Of a stretch of DNA of 64,000 nt, positions 37,062 to 45,911 are shown piece by piece (position 1 is the first letter of the stretch; the number at the start of each line of letters is the position of its first letter). Under the pieces are notes generated by a model that saw only the letters and a program-made list of their open reading frames with translations, did not search any database and was not told the origin of the DNA. The translations under genes and the position numbers were made by a program. Source of the DNA: Chitinophaga pinensis (lineage in GTDB: Bacteria > Bacteroidota > Bacteroidia > UBA4408); assembly GCA_945861665.1 (NCBI GenBank), contig CAMAVS010000003.1, forward strand, positions 273,362 through 337,361. Direction: 5' to 3'.

Positions 37062-39476
37062 TTAATTACGTGCTCGAAGGCGGTTAACGATAGCAACGAT
37101 GCTACCTATTATCATTAAAAAGCAACCCAACCACAAGATGTTTATGCCTGGAAATATGATTGCTTTCATTACAATGAATTCCTTTTTATTCGATTTCTTT
37201 TCAAATAATTTAATTTCAACTTTTCCTGTTTGGATGTCAATTTTTGTGAAAGAAAATTTTAATCCCAATGCTTCTACTTTTGCATCTAGCGGACTTACAT
37301 AATTCTCCTCTATTACATATAAAGGGTCTGCAAAATAGGTTTTGTTATTGATATCGGTAATTCTTAAATGAGCTGCAACAACAATGTCGGAATCATTTAA
37401 ATTGTATTTTTTTCTGTCAATATCCTTAAGCAAGCTTTCTAGTACCACAATGCTGTTTGTTGCAAAAAGTGAATCACCTATTTGCAAGGATTGTGTGCTT
37501 TTTTCTACAAATTCATTGCTACTCGTTTCATTTTCTTCTTCCAGTTCAGCATAGGTTACGTGAGTATAAATATCTTTCTGTAAAAAATGTCGGGTATCAG
37601 GTTCTGCAATATTACCCATACGCGGGTTTGTTTGCACCAAAGGGTTGAGTGTAAAACTAAGTTTGTATTTTCCGTTAGCATCTTTCTCAAGGTAATCAAT
37701 CGCATAATATACATTAATACCTTCTTTTTTCTTGCCTTTATACGTTACAAAATACTTACCCATTTTAAGGGTATCGTTCAATGAAAGCAATAAGTTATCA
37801 TTATTGCTAAAATCCTTACCCAATTTTGAAACATCAACCGAAGAAGTATTTATGGAAATGGTTTCGCTTTGAGAGGTTGAAATAAGTGAACCCAACAAAA
37901 TCATTCCAAAACCTATGTGTGCAATAGATGGTCCGGCTTTTTTAATATTTCCTTTTAATATTCTAAATAGATAATTAAGGTTGGCAAGTATTGCAAAAAC
38001 GGATGTGAAGCATAAAGCAATAAAATAACCATTAAAAGTATTGAAGCTGAGCATTATTATAATGGAAATTACAATGCTTGCTAAAATGGAGATAAGTAAA
38101 CGGTTCAAAAACTTTTTGGTATCGGTGGCTTTATAATTGAAGTATTGACCAATTGCGATTAAACAAGAAATAATAATGGCAAAAGGGACTTGCCAGGAAT
38201 TATAGTGTTGAATAGGGTTTAAAGGAGGGGCAAGGTTGCTTCCAAATACTTTGTTTATAACCGGAATGGAAGTGGTGAAAATAATTTGAAAGGCTGATAT
38301 AAGCAATACCAAAGCACCAATAAACATCCAAAATTCGCGTGATGTGATATTGTCTTCATCTTTTTCTTGTGGCAAATGTTTGTAATGTTTTACAAGTAAA
38401 AATGCAGAGACAAAAACAAAAAACAACAGGTAAACCAATAATTGCCCGCTCATCCCTAAGTCGGTAAATGCGTGCACGGAAGTGTCACCCAATATACCAC
38501 TGCGGGTAAGAAATGTGGAATACAGAATAAAAATAAAAGTTAGGAATATGAGAAAGAAAGTAGTGACCAAAGATTGCCCTTTGTTTTTATAAATCACCAT
38601 TACGTGTGCACCTCCAACAAAAGTTAGCCAAGGCACAAGTGATGCATTTTCTACAGGATCCCAAGCCCAAAACCCTCCAAAACTAAGTGCTTCGTAAGCC
38701 CAGGCACCGCCCATTAAAATACCTGTTCCGAGTATCATTACGCCAAAAAATGTCCAAGGCAAGGCAGGCTTTAACCATTCGGTGTATTTTTTTTGCCATA
38801 GTCCTGCTATTGCGTATGCAAAAGGAACCAAGGTGGATGCAAAGCCAAGGAAAAGAGTAGGTGGATGAATGGTCATCCAGTAATTTTGAAGCAGTGGATT
38901 TAAGCCTCTTCCGTCTAATGTCTCTAAATAGTTTGCAATTTTTACAAAAGGTAAATTTGCATAATCGGGATGTTCACGTAATAATAAAAAAGGATTGCTT
39001 CCTAATTTGTAACCGAAAATATAAATGCCAAGTAGCATAGAAGAAAGGAAAATTTGCACTACCGAAACAACGGTCATAACAGACGATTCCCATTCGCCTG
39101 AATAACGTATTAATATATTTCCCAGCACAATGTGCCAAAAGGTCCACAGTAAAAAACTCCCTTCCTGACCTTCCCAAAAACAGGAAAGTATATAACGTAC
39201 AGGAAGTGCTTTTGAAGAATGTTGCCAAGCATATTGGTATTCAAAATAATGATTGAATATAATCACAAACATAGTTCCCATTATTCCCAAAACAGAAATG
39301 GAATGGATTCTAAATGAAGCTCTTCCTATCCTTTTCCAAGAAGTGTTTGCTAATTTATTTTGTGCTGAAAAGTAGTAAGCAAGTGCAGAAAGAAGTGCAG
39401 CAACAAAAGATACGACAATAAATAAGTTTCCAATGTCTCCTATCAGCAAATGCTCTCCAACGTATTGTATGTTCAT
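37062..39476 (-). CDS. ccmF: Cytochrome c-type biogenesis protein CcmF (System I heme lyase subunit).
   Basis: 804-aa polytopic protein with the WWD domain WAWDPVENASLVPWL and conserved His residues in flanking helices. It is operonic with ccmE, ccmD, ccmC and ccmB. Confidence 0.85.
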   Translation of the reverse strand: MNIQYVGEHLLIGDIGNLFIVVSFVAALLSALAYYFSAQNKLANTSWKRIGRASFRIHSISVLGIMGTMFVIIFNHYFEYQYAWQHSSKALPVRYILSCFWEGQEGSFLLWTFWHIVLGNILIRYSGEWESSVMTVVSVVQIFLSSMLLGIYIFGYKLGSNPFLLLREHPDYANLPFVKIANYLETLDGRGLNPLLQNYWMTIHPPTLFLGFASTLVPFAYAIAGLWQKKYTEWLKPALPWTFFGVMILGTGILMGGAWAYEALSFGGFWAWDPVENASLVPWLTFVGGAHVMVIYKNKGQSLVTTFFLIFLTFIFILYSTFLTRSGILGDTSVHAFTDLGMSGQLLVYLLFFVFVSAFLLVKHYKHLPQEKDEDNITSREFWMFIGALVLLISAFQIIFTTSIPVINKVFGSNLAPPLNPIQHYNSWQVPFAIIISCLIAIGQYFNYKATDTKKFLNRLLISILASIVISIIIMLSFNTFNGYFIALCFTSVFAILANLNYLFRILKGNIKKAGPSIAHIGFGMILLGSLISTSQSETISINTSSVDVSKLGKDFSNNDNLLLSLNDTLKMGKYFVTYKGKKKEGINVYYAIDYLEKDANGKYKLSFTLNPLVQTNPRMGNIAEPDTRHFLQKDIYTHVTYAELEEENETSSNEFVEKSTQSLQIGDSLFATNSIVVLESLLKDIDRKKYNLNDSDIVVAAHLRITDINNKTYFADPLYVIEENYVSPLDAKVEALGLKFSFTKIDIQTGKVEIKLFEKKSNKKEFIVMKAIIFPGINILWLGCFLMIIGSIVAIVNRLRARN

Positions 39477-39901
39477 TGTATAATTCTACTTATTTTAGGT
39501 CGAGAAGTATTGCTTGATAATTCTCCGGGTTGTCCGTTGTTATATTTAGATGGACATTTCATTAGAATTTTATCGGCTTCAAATTCAGTACCAACTATTT
39601 TTCCGCAAATAACAATTTGTTCTGATCGTTCAAAATCTTGCGGTTTTGTACCTTTGTAATTCACCTTTACTTCTTTTTCCTCGTTATCTTTCATATAAAA
39701 GCTGAATAAATTTGCATTTACTTCGGGATTGTATACCATCTCTTTTTCTTTGTTTAGTTTGCCTACAACGTGGTATTCGTCTCCTGCATTGTTTTGCGCA
39801 ATGGCAAAGGATGCATATGTGCTTGAATCGGAAACGGTTGACATAATAGCCGCAATGGCTACTGCAATAACAACGATAACTACTATGTGTATTTTTTTCA
39901 T
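39473..39901 (-). CDS. ccmE: Cytochrome c maturation heme chaperone CcmE, the variant with a CXXXY heme-binding motif.
   Basis: 142 aa: N-terminal membrane anchor, an OB-fold-length periplasmic domain, and a C-terminal LMKCPSKY where canonical CcmE has LAKHDENY (HXXXY). It overlaps ccmF by 4 nt (ATGA). Confidence 0.6.
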   Translation of the reverse strand: MKKIHIVVIVVIAVAIAAIMSTVSDSSTYASFAIAQNNAGDEYHVVGKLNKEKEMVYNPEVNANLFSFYMKDNEEKEVKVNYKGTKPQDFERSEQIVICGKIVGTEFEADKILMKCPSKYNNGQPGELSSNTSRPKISRIIQ

Positions 39902-40131
39902 TTGTTACCCTTCATTTTACTTTCCAATCTGCTTACTTTTCTATCAATACTGATTAGGTATGCAATTATGCCTAAAAATATAATACACAATACACCAACA
40001 ACTACATATATTTTGCCAGATTGTCTCATTGCATCAGCCATCTCTACTTGTTGTTGTATTTCTTGCGAAAACACTACTGTACTTAACAGGCCTAACATTG
40101 TTGTAAGGAGTATTATTTTAAGTTTATTCAT
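39898..40131 (-). CDS. Small membrane protein, CcmD-like.
   Basis: 77 aa with a single transmembrane helix (VVGVLCIIFLGIIAYLI), between ccmC and ccmE with 4-nt overlaps. Confidence 0.4.
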   Translation of the reverse strand: MNKLKIILLTTMLGLLSTVVFSQEIQQQVEMADAMRQSGKIYVVVGVLCIIFLGIIAYLISIDRKVSRLESKMKGNK

Positions 40132-40803
40132 TTAGTTTGTGTTTGAATTTAAAAAGGCATTCAATGTATGATAGCGTATTTTTATTTGCATTATCCAAGT
40201 TGCTATGAGTGTCCATCCAATAATAGCAGGATAAAATACAATACGCATATTGTTATCAATGTCCTCATAATTGCCAAAGCCGGGGTTGCCACCATTACCG
40301 GGGTGTAATGAATCAGTCAGTCTGGGTAATATTATTGTAAATACAATAAACATAACAAAGGCGAAAATGTTATAAATGGATGCAATTCTTGCTCTTTTTT
40401 GTTCTTCGTCAATGGAATTACGCAATACTAAGTAGGCGAAATAAAATAACATAGCAATAGCTACACCGTTTAATTTTGGATCGTTTGGCCAAGGTTCTCC
40501 CCAGGTGTAGTTTGCCCAAAGCATACCTGTTACAAGTCCACATAGCCCAAGAACAATTGAAATATTGACTGCTTCTTTTGCGATAATATCGTACTTAATA
40601 TCAAAACCCGAAAGGTACCTTACACTGTTCCAAACAGAAACAAAAAGTAAAATAATCATAGCAAACCACATCGTAACGTGAAAATACAGATTGCGAATAG
40701 TTTCGTGCAGAATTGGTAAAATAGGTACTTTAAATAGAAAACCGCCAATAATGGAATAGAGTACTAAAACCACAGCAGCTATTTTCCACCAATTTTTTTT
40801 CAT
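40132..40803 (-). CDS. ccmC: Heme exporter protein CcmC.
   Basis: Trp-rich WWD motif WANYTWGEPWPNDPKLNG and 6 transmembrane helices. The start is taken at MKKNWWKIAAV. Confidence 0.8.
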   Translation of the reverse strand: MKKNWWKIAAVVLVLYSIIGGFLFKVPILPILHETIRNLYFHVTMWFAMIILLFVSVWNSVRYLSGFDIKYDIIAKEAVNISIVLGLCGLVTGMLWANYTWGEPWPNDPKLNGVAIAMLFYFAYLVLRNSIDEEQKRARIASIYNIFAFVMFIVFTIILPRLTDSLHPGNGGNPGFGNYEDIDNNMRIVFYPAIIGWTLIATWIMQIKIRYHTLNAFLNSNTN

Positions 40804-40810
40804 CCTAATT

Positions 40811-41473
40811 TTATTCGCGCCAAAGGTAAGGAAATAATACAACTGAAAGTACTATAATAAGTACATTTATGAGCAGTAAGACACCAAAATAAGGATAGCT
40901 TAAGCTACGGTCTAAGCCGTCAACGCTATATTTTGATGTTTTTATTAATGTTATAAGCATTGGTACTAGCATAGGGAAACTTAGAATTGCCATTAAACTA
41001 AAATTATTGTTTGTTTTTGAGGCTATAGCCGACACCATCGTTAGAACGGATGCAAATCCAAAGCTTCCTAGAGTAATATTGAGTATAAAAAAGGGAATGT
41101 CTTGCACTATGTTCTTAATCAGTAATCCATAGCAAAAGAAGCATAAAAAAGAAAGTGAAATCATTAGCAACGAGTTATAGATTATTTTAGAAATGATGAC
41201 AGCAACAGGTGAGTGTAAAGTATAGTAATATAATTGTCGACCTTTACTTTCTTGCAAAAAACTTTTGGTTACTGCATTTATTGCTGCGAATAAAACGATA
41301 ATCCAAAAGAGAGCGTTCCAATTTGCCGGAATCAGAATTTTTTTAAATGAAAGGTAGCAAATGAAAACAGTTGAAAAAACATATAATAACACTCCGGCAA
41401 AAGCATATTTCTGTCGGAACTCCAAAAGGAATTCTTTGTGGATTAAATGTTTTATTTCGTGGATAAGTTTCAT
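40811..41473 (-). CDS. ccmB: Heme exporter protein CcmB (ABC permease subunit).
   Basis: 220 aa with 6 transmembrane helices, first gene of the ccm cluster. No ccmA ATPase gene is adjacent. Confidence 0.65.
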   Translation of the reverse strand: MKLIHEIKHLIHKEFLLEFRQKYAFAGVLLYVFSTVFICYLSFKKILIPANWNALFWIIVLFAAINAVTKSFLQESKGRQLYYYTLHSPVAVIISKIIYNSLLMISLSFLCFFCYGLLIKNIVQDIPFFILNITLGSFGFASVLTMVSAIASKTNNNFSLMAILSFPMLVPMLITLIKTSKYSVDGLDRSLSYPYFGVLLLINVLIIVLSVVLFPYLWRE

Positions 41474-41543
41474 TTAATGAAATGCAAAAGTACAAATTAA
41501 CACTGTTATGTTATCTTTTACATTAAACATTTAATTAGTATCT

Positions 41544-42116
41544 TTGGATGCATTATTAAATCGAAAAATGAAAATTGTTTTAACTGCTCTACTAGTCTGT
41601 GTCCTACATATAACTTCCAATGCCCAAACGACTATGAAAACATTGTATGATTTTAAAGTAAATGTAATTGATGGAAAGCCTTTCGATATGCTTTCTCTTA
41701 AAGGTAAAAAAGTAATGGTGGTGAATACTGCCTCTGAGTGTGGTTTTACAGCTCAGTACGAAGATTTACAGAAGTTGTATGCCTTGTATAAGGACAAGGA
41801 TTTTGTTATTGTTGGGTTTCCTTCCAATAATTTTGGTGCTCAAGAACCCGGTACGAATGAACAAATACAATCTTTTTGTGAAAAGAATTACGGTGTTACT
41901 TTTCCGATGATGGAAAAAATATCAGTGAAAGGGGATGATATAAATCCGTTGTATAGTTGGCTCACCACAAAGAGTCAAAATGGAAAAGTTGATGGATCTG
42001 TAAAATGGAATTTTCAAAAGTACTTAATTGATGAAAATGGAAATGTAGTAGATGTTGCTTATTCGGTAGAAAAACCGGGAAGTGGTAGAATTATAAAATG
42101 GATAGAGGCAAAGTAA
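41544..42116 (+). CDS. Glutathione peroxidase (Cys-type).
   Basis: VVNTASECGFT...LVGFPSNNFGAQEPG...WNFQKYLI — the GPx signature motifs. The true start is probably MKIVL at 41568. Confidence 0.9.
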   Translation: MDALLNRKMKIVLTALLVCVLHITSNAQTTMKTLYDFKVNVIDGKPFDMLSLKGKKVMVVNTASECGFTAQYEDLQKLYALYKDKDFVIVGFPSNNFGAQEPGTNEQIQSFCEKNYGVTFPMMEKISVKGDDINPLYSWLTTKSQNGKVDGSVKWNFQKYLIDENGNVVDVAYSVEKPGSGRIIKWIEAK

Positions 42117-42130
42117 TAAAAGTAATTTAA

Positions 42131-42856
42131 ATGTCTGAGATAAAATTAGATATACTGGCCTTTGGTGCACATCCCGATGATGTTGAGCTATCCTGCTCCG
42201 GCACACTTTTAAAACACATCAAACTTGGAAGTAGAGTTGGTGTAATAGATTTGACACAAGGAGAATTGGCGACACGTGGTTCGGCTGAATTAAGATTGAA
42301 AGAAGCAGCAACAGCAGCAACTATTTTAGGAGTTTCAATCAGAGAGAATTTATTGATGGCCGATGGTTTTTTTAAAAACGATAAAGAGCATCAAATTCAA
42401 ATAATACAAAAAATACGGCAGTATAGACCGCAAATCGTACTCTGCAATGCTGTTTCAGATAGACACCCGGATCATGGGCGTGCTTCACAATTAGTCTCGG
42501 AGGCTTGCTTCTACTCTGGGTTAATAAAAGTAGAAACATTTCACAATGGCGTTTTGCAAGAACCTTGGCGACCTAAATCTGTTTATCATTACATACAAGA
42601 TCGTTACATTAAACCCGATTTTGTGATTGACGTAACTCCTTTCGTAGAAAATAAGATGGAAGCAATCAAGGCATTTTCCTCGCAGTTCTATGACGCAAAT
42701 TCAAAAGAACCTGAATCTCCTATATCGTCAAAACATTTCCTTGATTTTATCAAATCAAAGATGGTGGTACTTGGTAGAGATATAAATGTAGAGTATGCTG
42801 AAGGTTTTACTTGCGAAAAAACAATTGGGGTTACCGATCTATTCCAGTTAAGTTAA
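42131..42856 (+). CDS. bshB1: Bacillithiol biosynthesis deacetylase BshB1 (LmbE/PIG-L family).
   Basis: LAFGAHPDDVELSCSGTLLKH...DRHPDHG metal-binding motifs; 241 aa. Confidence 0.75.
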   Translation: MSEIKLDILAFGAHPDDVELSCSGTLLKHIKLGSRVGVIDLTQGELATRGSAELRLKEAATAATILGVSIRENLLMADGFFKNDKEHQIQIIQKIRQYRPQIVLCNAVSDRHPDHGRASQLVSEACFYSGLIKVETFHNGVLQEPWRPKSVYHYIQDRYIKPDFVIDVTPFVENKMEAIKAFSSQFYDANSKEPESPISSKHFLDFIKSKMVVLGRDINVEYAEGFTCEKTIGVTDLFQLS

Positions 42857-42863
42857 ATATATT

Positions 42864-42910
42864 AAAAAGCGAATGAGCTGTTGGAAAACCAACAGCCCAT
42901 TCGCTTTTTA
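42864..42910. terminator. Bidirectional rho-independent terminator between convergent genes.
   Basis: ~17-bp stem AGCGAATGAGCTGTTGG / CCAACAGCCCATTCGCT with one mismatch and loop AAAA, flanked by A5 upstream and T5 downstream. Confidence 0.75.
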
Positions 42911-42928
42911 AAGTATTTAAATATTCTC

Positions 42929-44236
42929 TTACTTTAAGATATGAATTTTTCTCGTTATCGTTTCTTTTCCAGTTCTAAGTTCAATAAAATAAATACCGTT
43001 TGAAACATTGCTTAAGTCAACAGTATACTTGCCCATTTTGTTATTATCGAAAGTGTTGGTATAAAAAGTATTTCCTAAAATATCGTACACTTTAACTTCC
43101 ATTGTAGATTTATTAAAGAGCTCTATGTTTACATTTACCAAACCATTCGAAGGATTTGGATAAATGGAAATGTTTTTTTCAATATTTACCTGCTCTTCAG
43201 TAGAGGCAATTAATAAGAATCGATAAGGACTTTTTGTTAATGCGGTGTGCATTCTGGTTTTTTGGTTGTTGGTAAACATTACTACAACATTATCGTCACA
43301 ATAATCCATAAAGTTCATAAACATATCACCATTTGGGGCATTTCCGGGGCAATTGGATGTACTAGGGAAATTAGGACTGCCAAAATTTTCTTCAAATTGT
43401 GTTGGTGTATCATTGCAATAATCAGTAGCACACGTATCGTCACCCCAAATATGTCGTAAACCTAAGTAATGTCCTATTTCGTGTGTAGTGGTTCTTCCTA
43501 AATCCTCACCAAATATAACGTTTCCTGTTGTTCCAAAAGCATTGTATTTAACAACAATTCCGTCTGTAATAGATGTTCCGAAAGGTCCAAATAAGCCTGT
43601 TAAGGTAGAGTTTGGAGGAAAAGTTGCGTAACCTAATAAGGGCGAAGCTAAATTACATGTCCAAATATTTAAAAAGAGTTTAGGATTCCAAATACTATTT
43701 GGCTTTATGGTTTGAGTTACATATGTTTCTGAATAGGGTGCAGCTGACCATCCCATTGTCGTTCGATTAATTCGCTCAATTCCCGGTGTTGCCATTGGAC
43801 TCCCATATTGATCTACAGTTGTTAAAAAGAAGTTTATTTGGCAATCGGCAACTCTGGTGGTCCAAACTCCTGGAGTATTATTCCAATCTGAATTTGTTTT
43901 GGTAAAATCCTTATTCAAGGATGCGATTTGTGATTGAATTTGAGCATCACTAATATTGGAATTGGTGCCAATTGCCTCTCCATTATTAATTACGTGAACA
44001 ATTACAGGAATATTGTATATAATGGCATTAGTTTTACCTGCAAAATAGGATTCATCAACTAAATTTATTGCCATCCAATTTTCGAATTCTTCTAAAGTAC
44101 CCATTTCAGGATTTTCTGCACGCATTTTTCTATCCACATCCATTGTTGCACACCTTCCAGCGTTATGATGTTGAGCAATTACAATTGTTGAAGTAAGTAA
44201 ACTGGTAATCGCTAATGTTATTAGTTTTATTTTCAT
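42929..44236 (-). CDS. M43-family (pappalysin/ulilysin-like) zinc metalloprotease with a T9SS type-A C-terminal sorting domain.
   Basis: Metzincin HEIGHYLGLRHIWGDD; signal peptide; C-terminal IYPNPSNGLVNVNIE...GIYFIELRTGKETITRKIHI. Confidence 0.8.
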   Translation of the reverse strand: MKIKLITLAITSLLTSTIVIAQHHNAGRCATMDVDRKMRAENPEMGTLEEFENWMAINLVDESYFAGKTNAIIYNIPVIVHVINNGEAIGTNSNISDAQIQSQIASLNKDFTKTNSDWNNTPGVWTTRVADCQINFFLTTVDQYGSPMATPGIERINRTTMGWSAAPYSETYVTQTIKPNSIWNPKLFLNIWTCNLASPLLGYATFPPNSTLTGLFGPFGTSITDGIVVKYNAFGTTGNVIFGEDLGRTTTHEIGHYLGLRHIWGDDTCATDYCNDTPTQFEENFGSPNFPSTSNCPGNAPNGDMFMNFMDYCDDNVVVMFTNNQKTRMHTALTKSPYRFLLIASTEEQVNIEKNISIYPNPSNGLVNVNIELFNKSTMEVKVYDILGNTFYTNTFDNNKMGKYTVDLSNVSNGIYFIELRTGKETITRKIHILK

Positions 44237-44434
44237 AAGTATATGTTCAGTTAAATTTTATGCTGCCACTTATTTTACCAAAGTAATAAATATTTTGTTA
44301 AAATCGGAAATAAACTTTACAGGAAGTTATAAGTTACTTGATTAAATAGTTTCCAGCAGAAACCTTTATTTTATTCGTGTATACAAAAGTGTATGAAGGA
44401 ATACTTCGTTTTTTCTATTAAATTTACAAACTAT

Positions 44435-45139
44435 ATGAAATCAAACGTTTTAATAGTAGACGATGAGGAGCATTTGTTATCCACATTGGTGCTTAATTTT
44501 GAGATAGATGGCTATACCGTTTTTTCGGCAAAAAATGGAATAGAAGCAATACATTTGTTTCAATCTCAAAAAATAGATTTGGTTATTTTGGATATAATGA
44601 TGCCTTACATAAATGGAGTTGAAGTTTGCAGAGTAATAAGAGAAACGAATAAAAATATCCCTATTTTGTTCTTAACGGCCAATAATAGCAGTGCAGATAA
44701 AATAGAGGGATTGCGCAGTGGAGCGGATGATTATTTAACAAAACCATTTAATTTAGAAGAGTTGATCTTAAGGGTTGAGAATTTGTTACGTAGAACAAAA
44801 GGCAATTTACTTGACACATCATTTCAAATTCCTAAAATATATTATTTTGGAGAATTTGAGATAAATTTTTCAACCTACGAAATTATTGGTGTAAACGGAC
44901 AAAATAGATTGCTTAACAAGAAGGAGATATTGCTTCTTAAATTACTAATAGAAAGAAAAAATGAGGTGGTTTCAAGGGATGAAATAATGGAAAAAATATG
45001 GGGAGAGGATGTTACTTCAACAACAAGAACTATTGATAATTATATTCTAGCAATTCGAAAATATTTTGAACAAGATCCTAAAAATCCTATTTATTTTCAT
45101 ACAGTAAGGGGGATTGGTTATAAATATTCTGAAAAATGA
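44435..45139 (+). CDS. OmpR/PhoB-family response regulator (receiver plus winged-helix), with no cognate kinase adjacent.
   Basis: MKSNVLIVDDEEHL...DLVILDIMMPYINGVEV and a C-terminal wHTH (YFHTVRGIGYKY). Confidence 0.85.
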   Translation: MKSNVLIVDDEEHLLSTLVLNFEIDGYTVFSAKNGIEAIHLFQSQKIDLVILDIMMPYINGVEVCRVIRETNKNIPILFLTANNSSADKIEGLRSGADDYLTKPFNLEELILRVENLLRRTKGNLLDTSFQIPKIYYFGEFEINFSTYEIIGVNGQNRLLNKKEILLLKLLIERKNEVVSRDEIMEKIWGEDVTSTTRTIDNYILAIRKYFEQDPKNPIYFHTVRGIGYKYSEK

Positions 45140-45690
45140 TAGCGCTTGGAGAAATAGATAAGGCATTATTTTTGGCATTAAATGGAATGCACAATTCATT
45201 TTTTGATCCTATAATGCAATTTGCAAGCAATAAGTATGTTTGGATACCATTATATGCTCTATTAATTTGGTTGATTATTAAAACATTTAAAAAAAAATCA
45301 ATCATTATTCTGTTGTCAATTGTGCTTATTATAGCATTTTCAGATCAATTTTCAGTCATTATAAAAAATATCGTATTAAGGCTGCGCCCTTGCCATAATA
45401 AAATGCTTTTAGAACAAATTCATATCAATGGTAATTGTGGAGGATATTTTGGTTTTGTATCATCTCACGCTGCTAATACTTTTGCTTTAGCACTATTTTT
45501 AAGTTTTTTATTGAGGCGCAAGTACAATTATTTTCCACATCTTATTTTTGCCTGGGCAATTTTTGTTTCTTATAGTAGAATATATAATGGTGTACATTAT
45601 CCATTAGACATAATTGGTGGCGCATTTTTAGGATTACTAATTTCCTTTAGCATATATACCATTGTAAAATCTTATATTTATACAAAATGA
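45136..45690 (+). CDS. PAP2-family membrane phosphatase.
   Basis: PAP2 motifs KNIVLRLRP....GFVSSHAANTFALA...SRIYNGVHYPLD. Overlaps the regulator stop by 4 nt. Confidence 0.8.
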   Translation: MIALGEIDKALFLALNGMHNSFFDPIMQFASNKYVWIPLYALLIWLIIKTFKKKSIIILLSIVLIIAFSDQFSVIIKNIVLRLRPCHNKMLLEQIHINGNCGGYFGFVSSHAANTFALALFLSFLLRRKYNYFPHLIFAWAIFVSYSRIYNGVHYPLDIIGGAFLGLLISFSIYTIVKSYIYTK

Positions 45691-45911
45691 ACGTTGTTTA
45701 TGTATTCAAAGGTGGAGGCCTTGGAAGTGTTTTTCGCTTTGCTATTTCGGAATGGGTGAAAAGTAATTTTAAAGGTGCTTTTCCTTTAGCTACGTATGTA
45801 TTATTCTCTCACTTGTTTATTCATAATTTACTTTATTGCAAAAAAACACTAACTAATTATTTATATGAAAAAGTATATTTTTTTAATTCTACTTCAAACA
45901 CTTTTTGTTGA
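45687..45911 (+). pseudogene. crcB: 5' remnant of the fluoride channel gene crcB (only the first ~35 codons are CrcB-like).
   Basis: MNVVYVFKGGGLGSVFRFAISEWV...AFPLATYV matches the CrcB N-terminus. Past ~45800 the frame reads through an AT-rich promoter-like sequence into the next gene's start, and no other frame continues CrcB. Confidence 0.5.

Noticed and set aside
41544-42116. Possible selenocysteine glutathione peroxidase.
   Set aside because: The catalytic position is a sense Cys codon (ASECG) with no in-frame TGA, so it is an ordinary Cys-GPx.
45687-45911. Treating the 74-aa ORF as an intact small gene.
   Set aside because: Only the first ~35 residues are CrcB-like. The remainder is a read-through of AT-rich promoter DNA overlapping the next gene.
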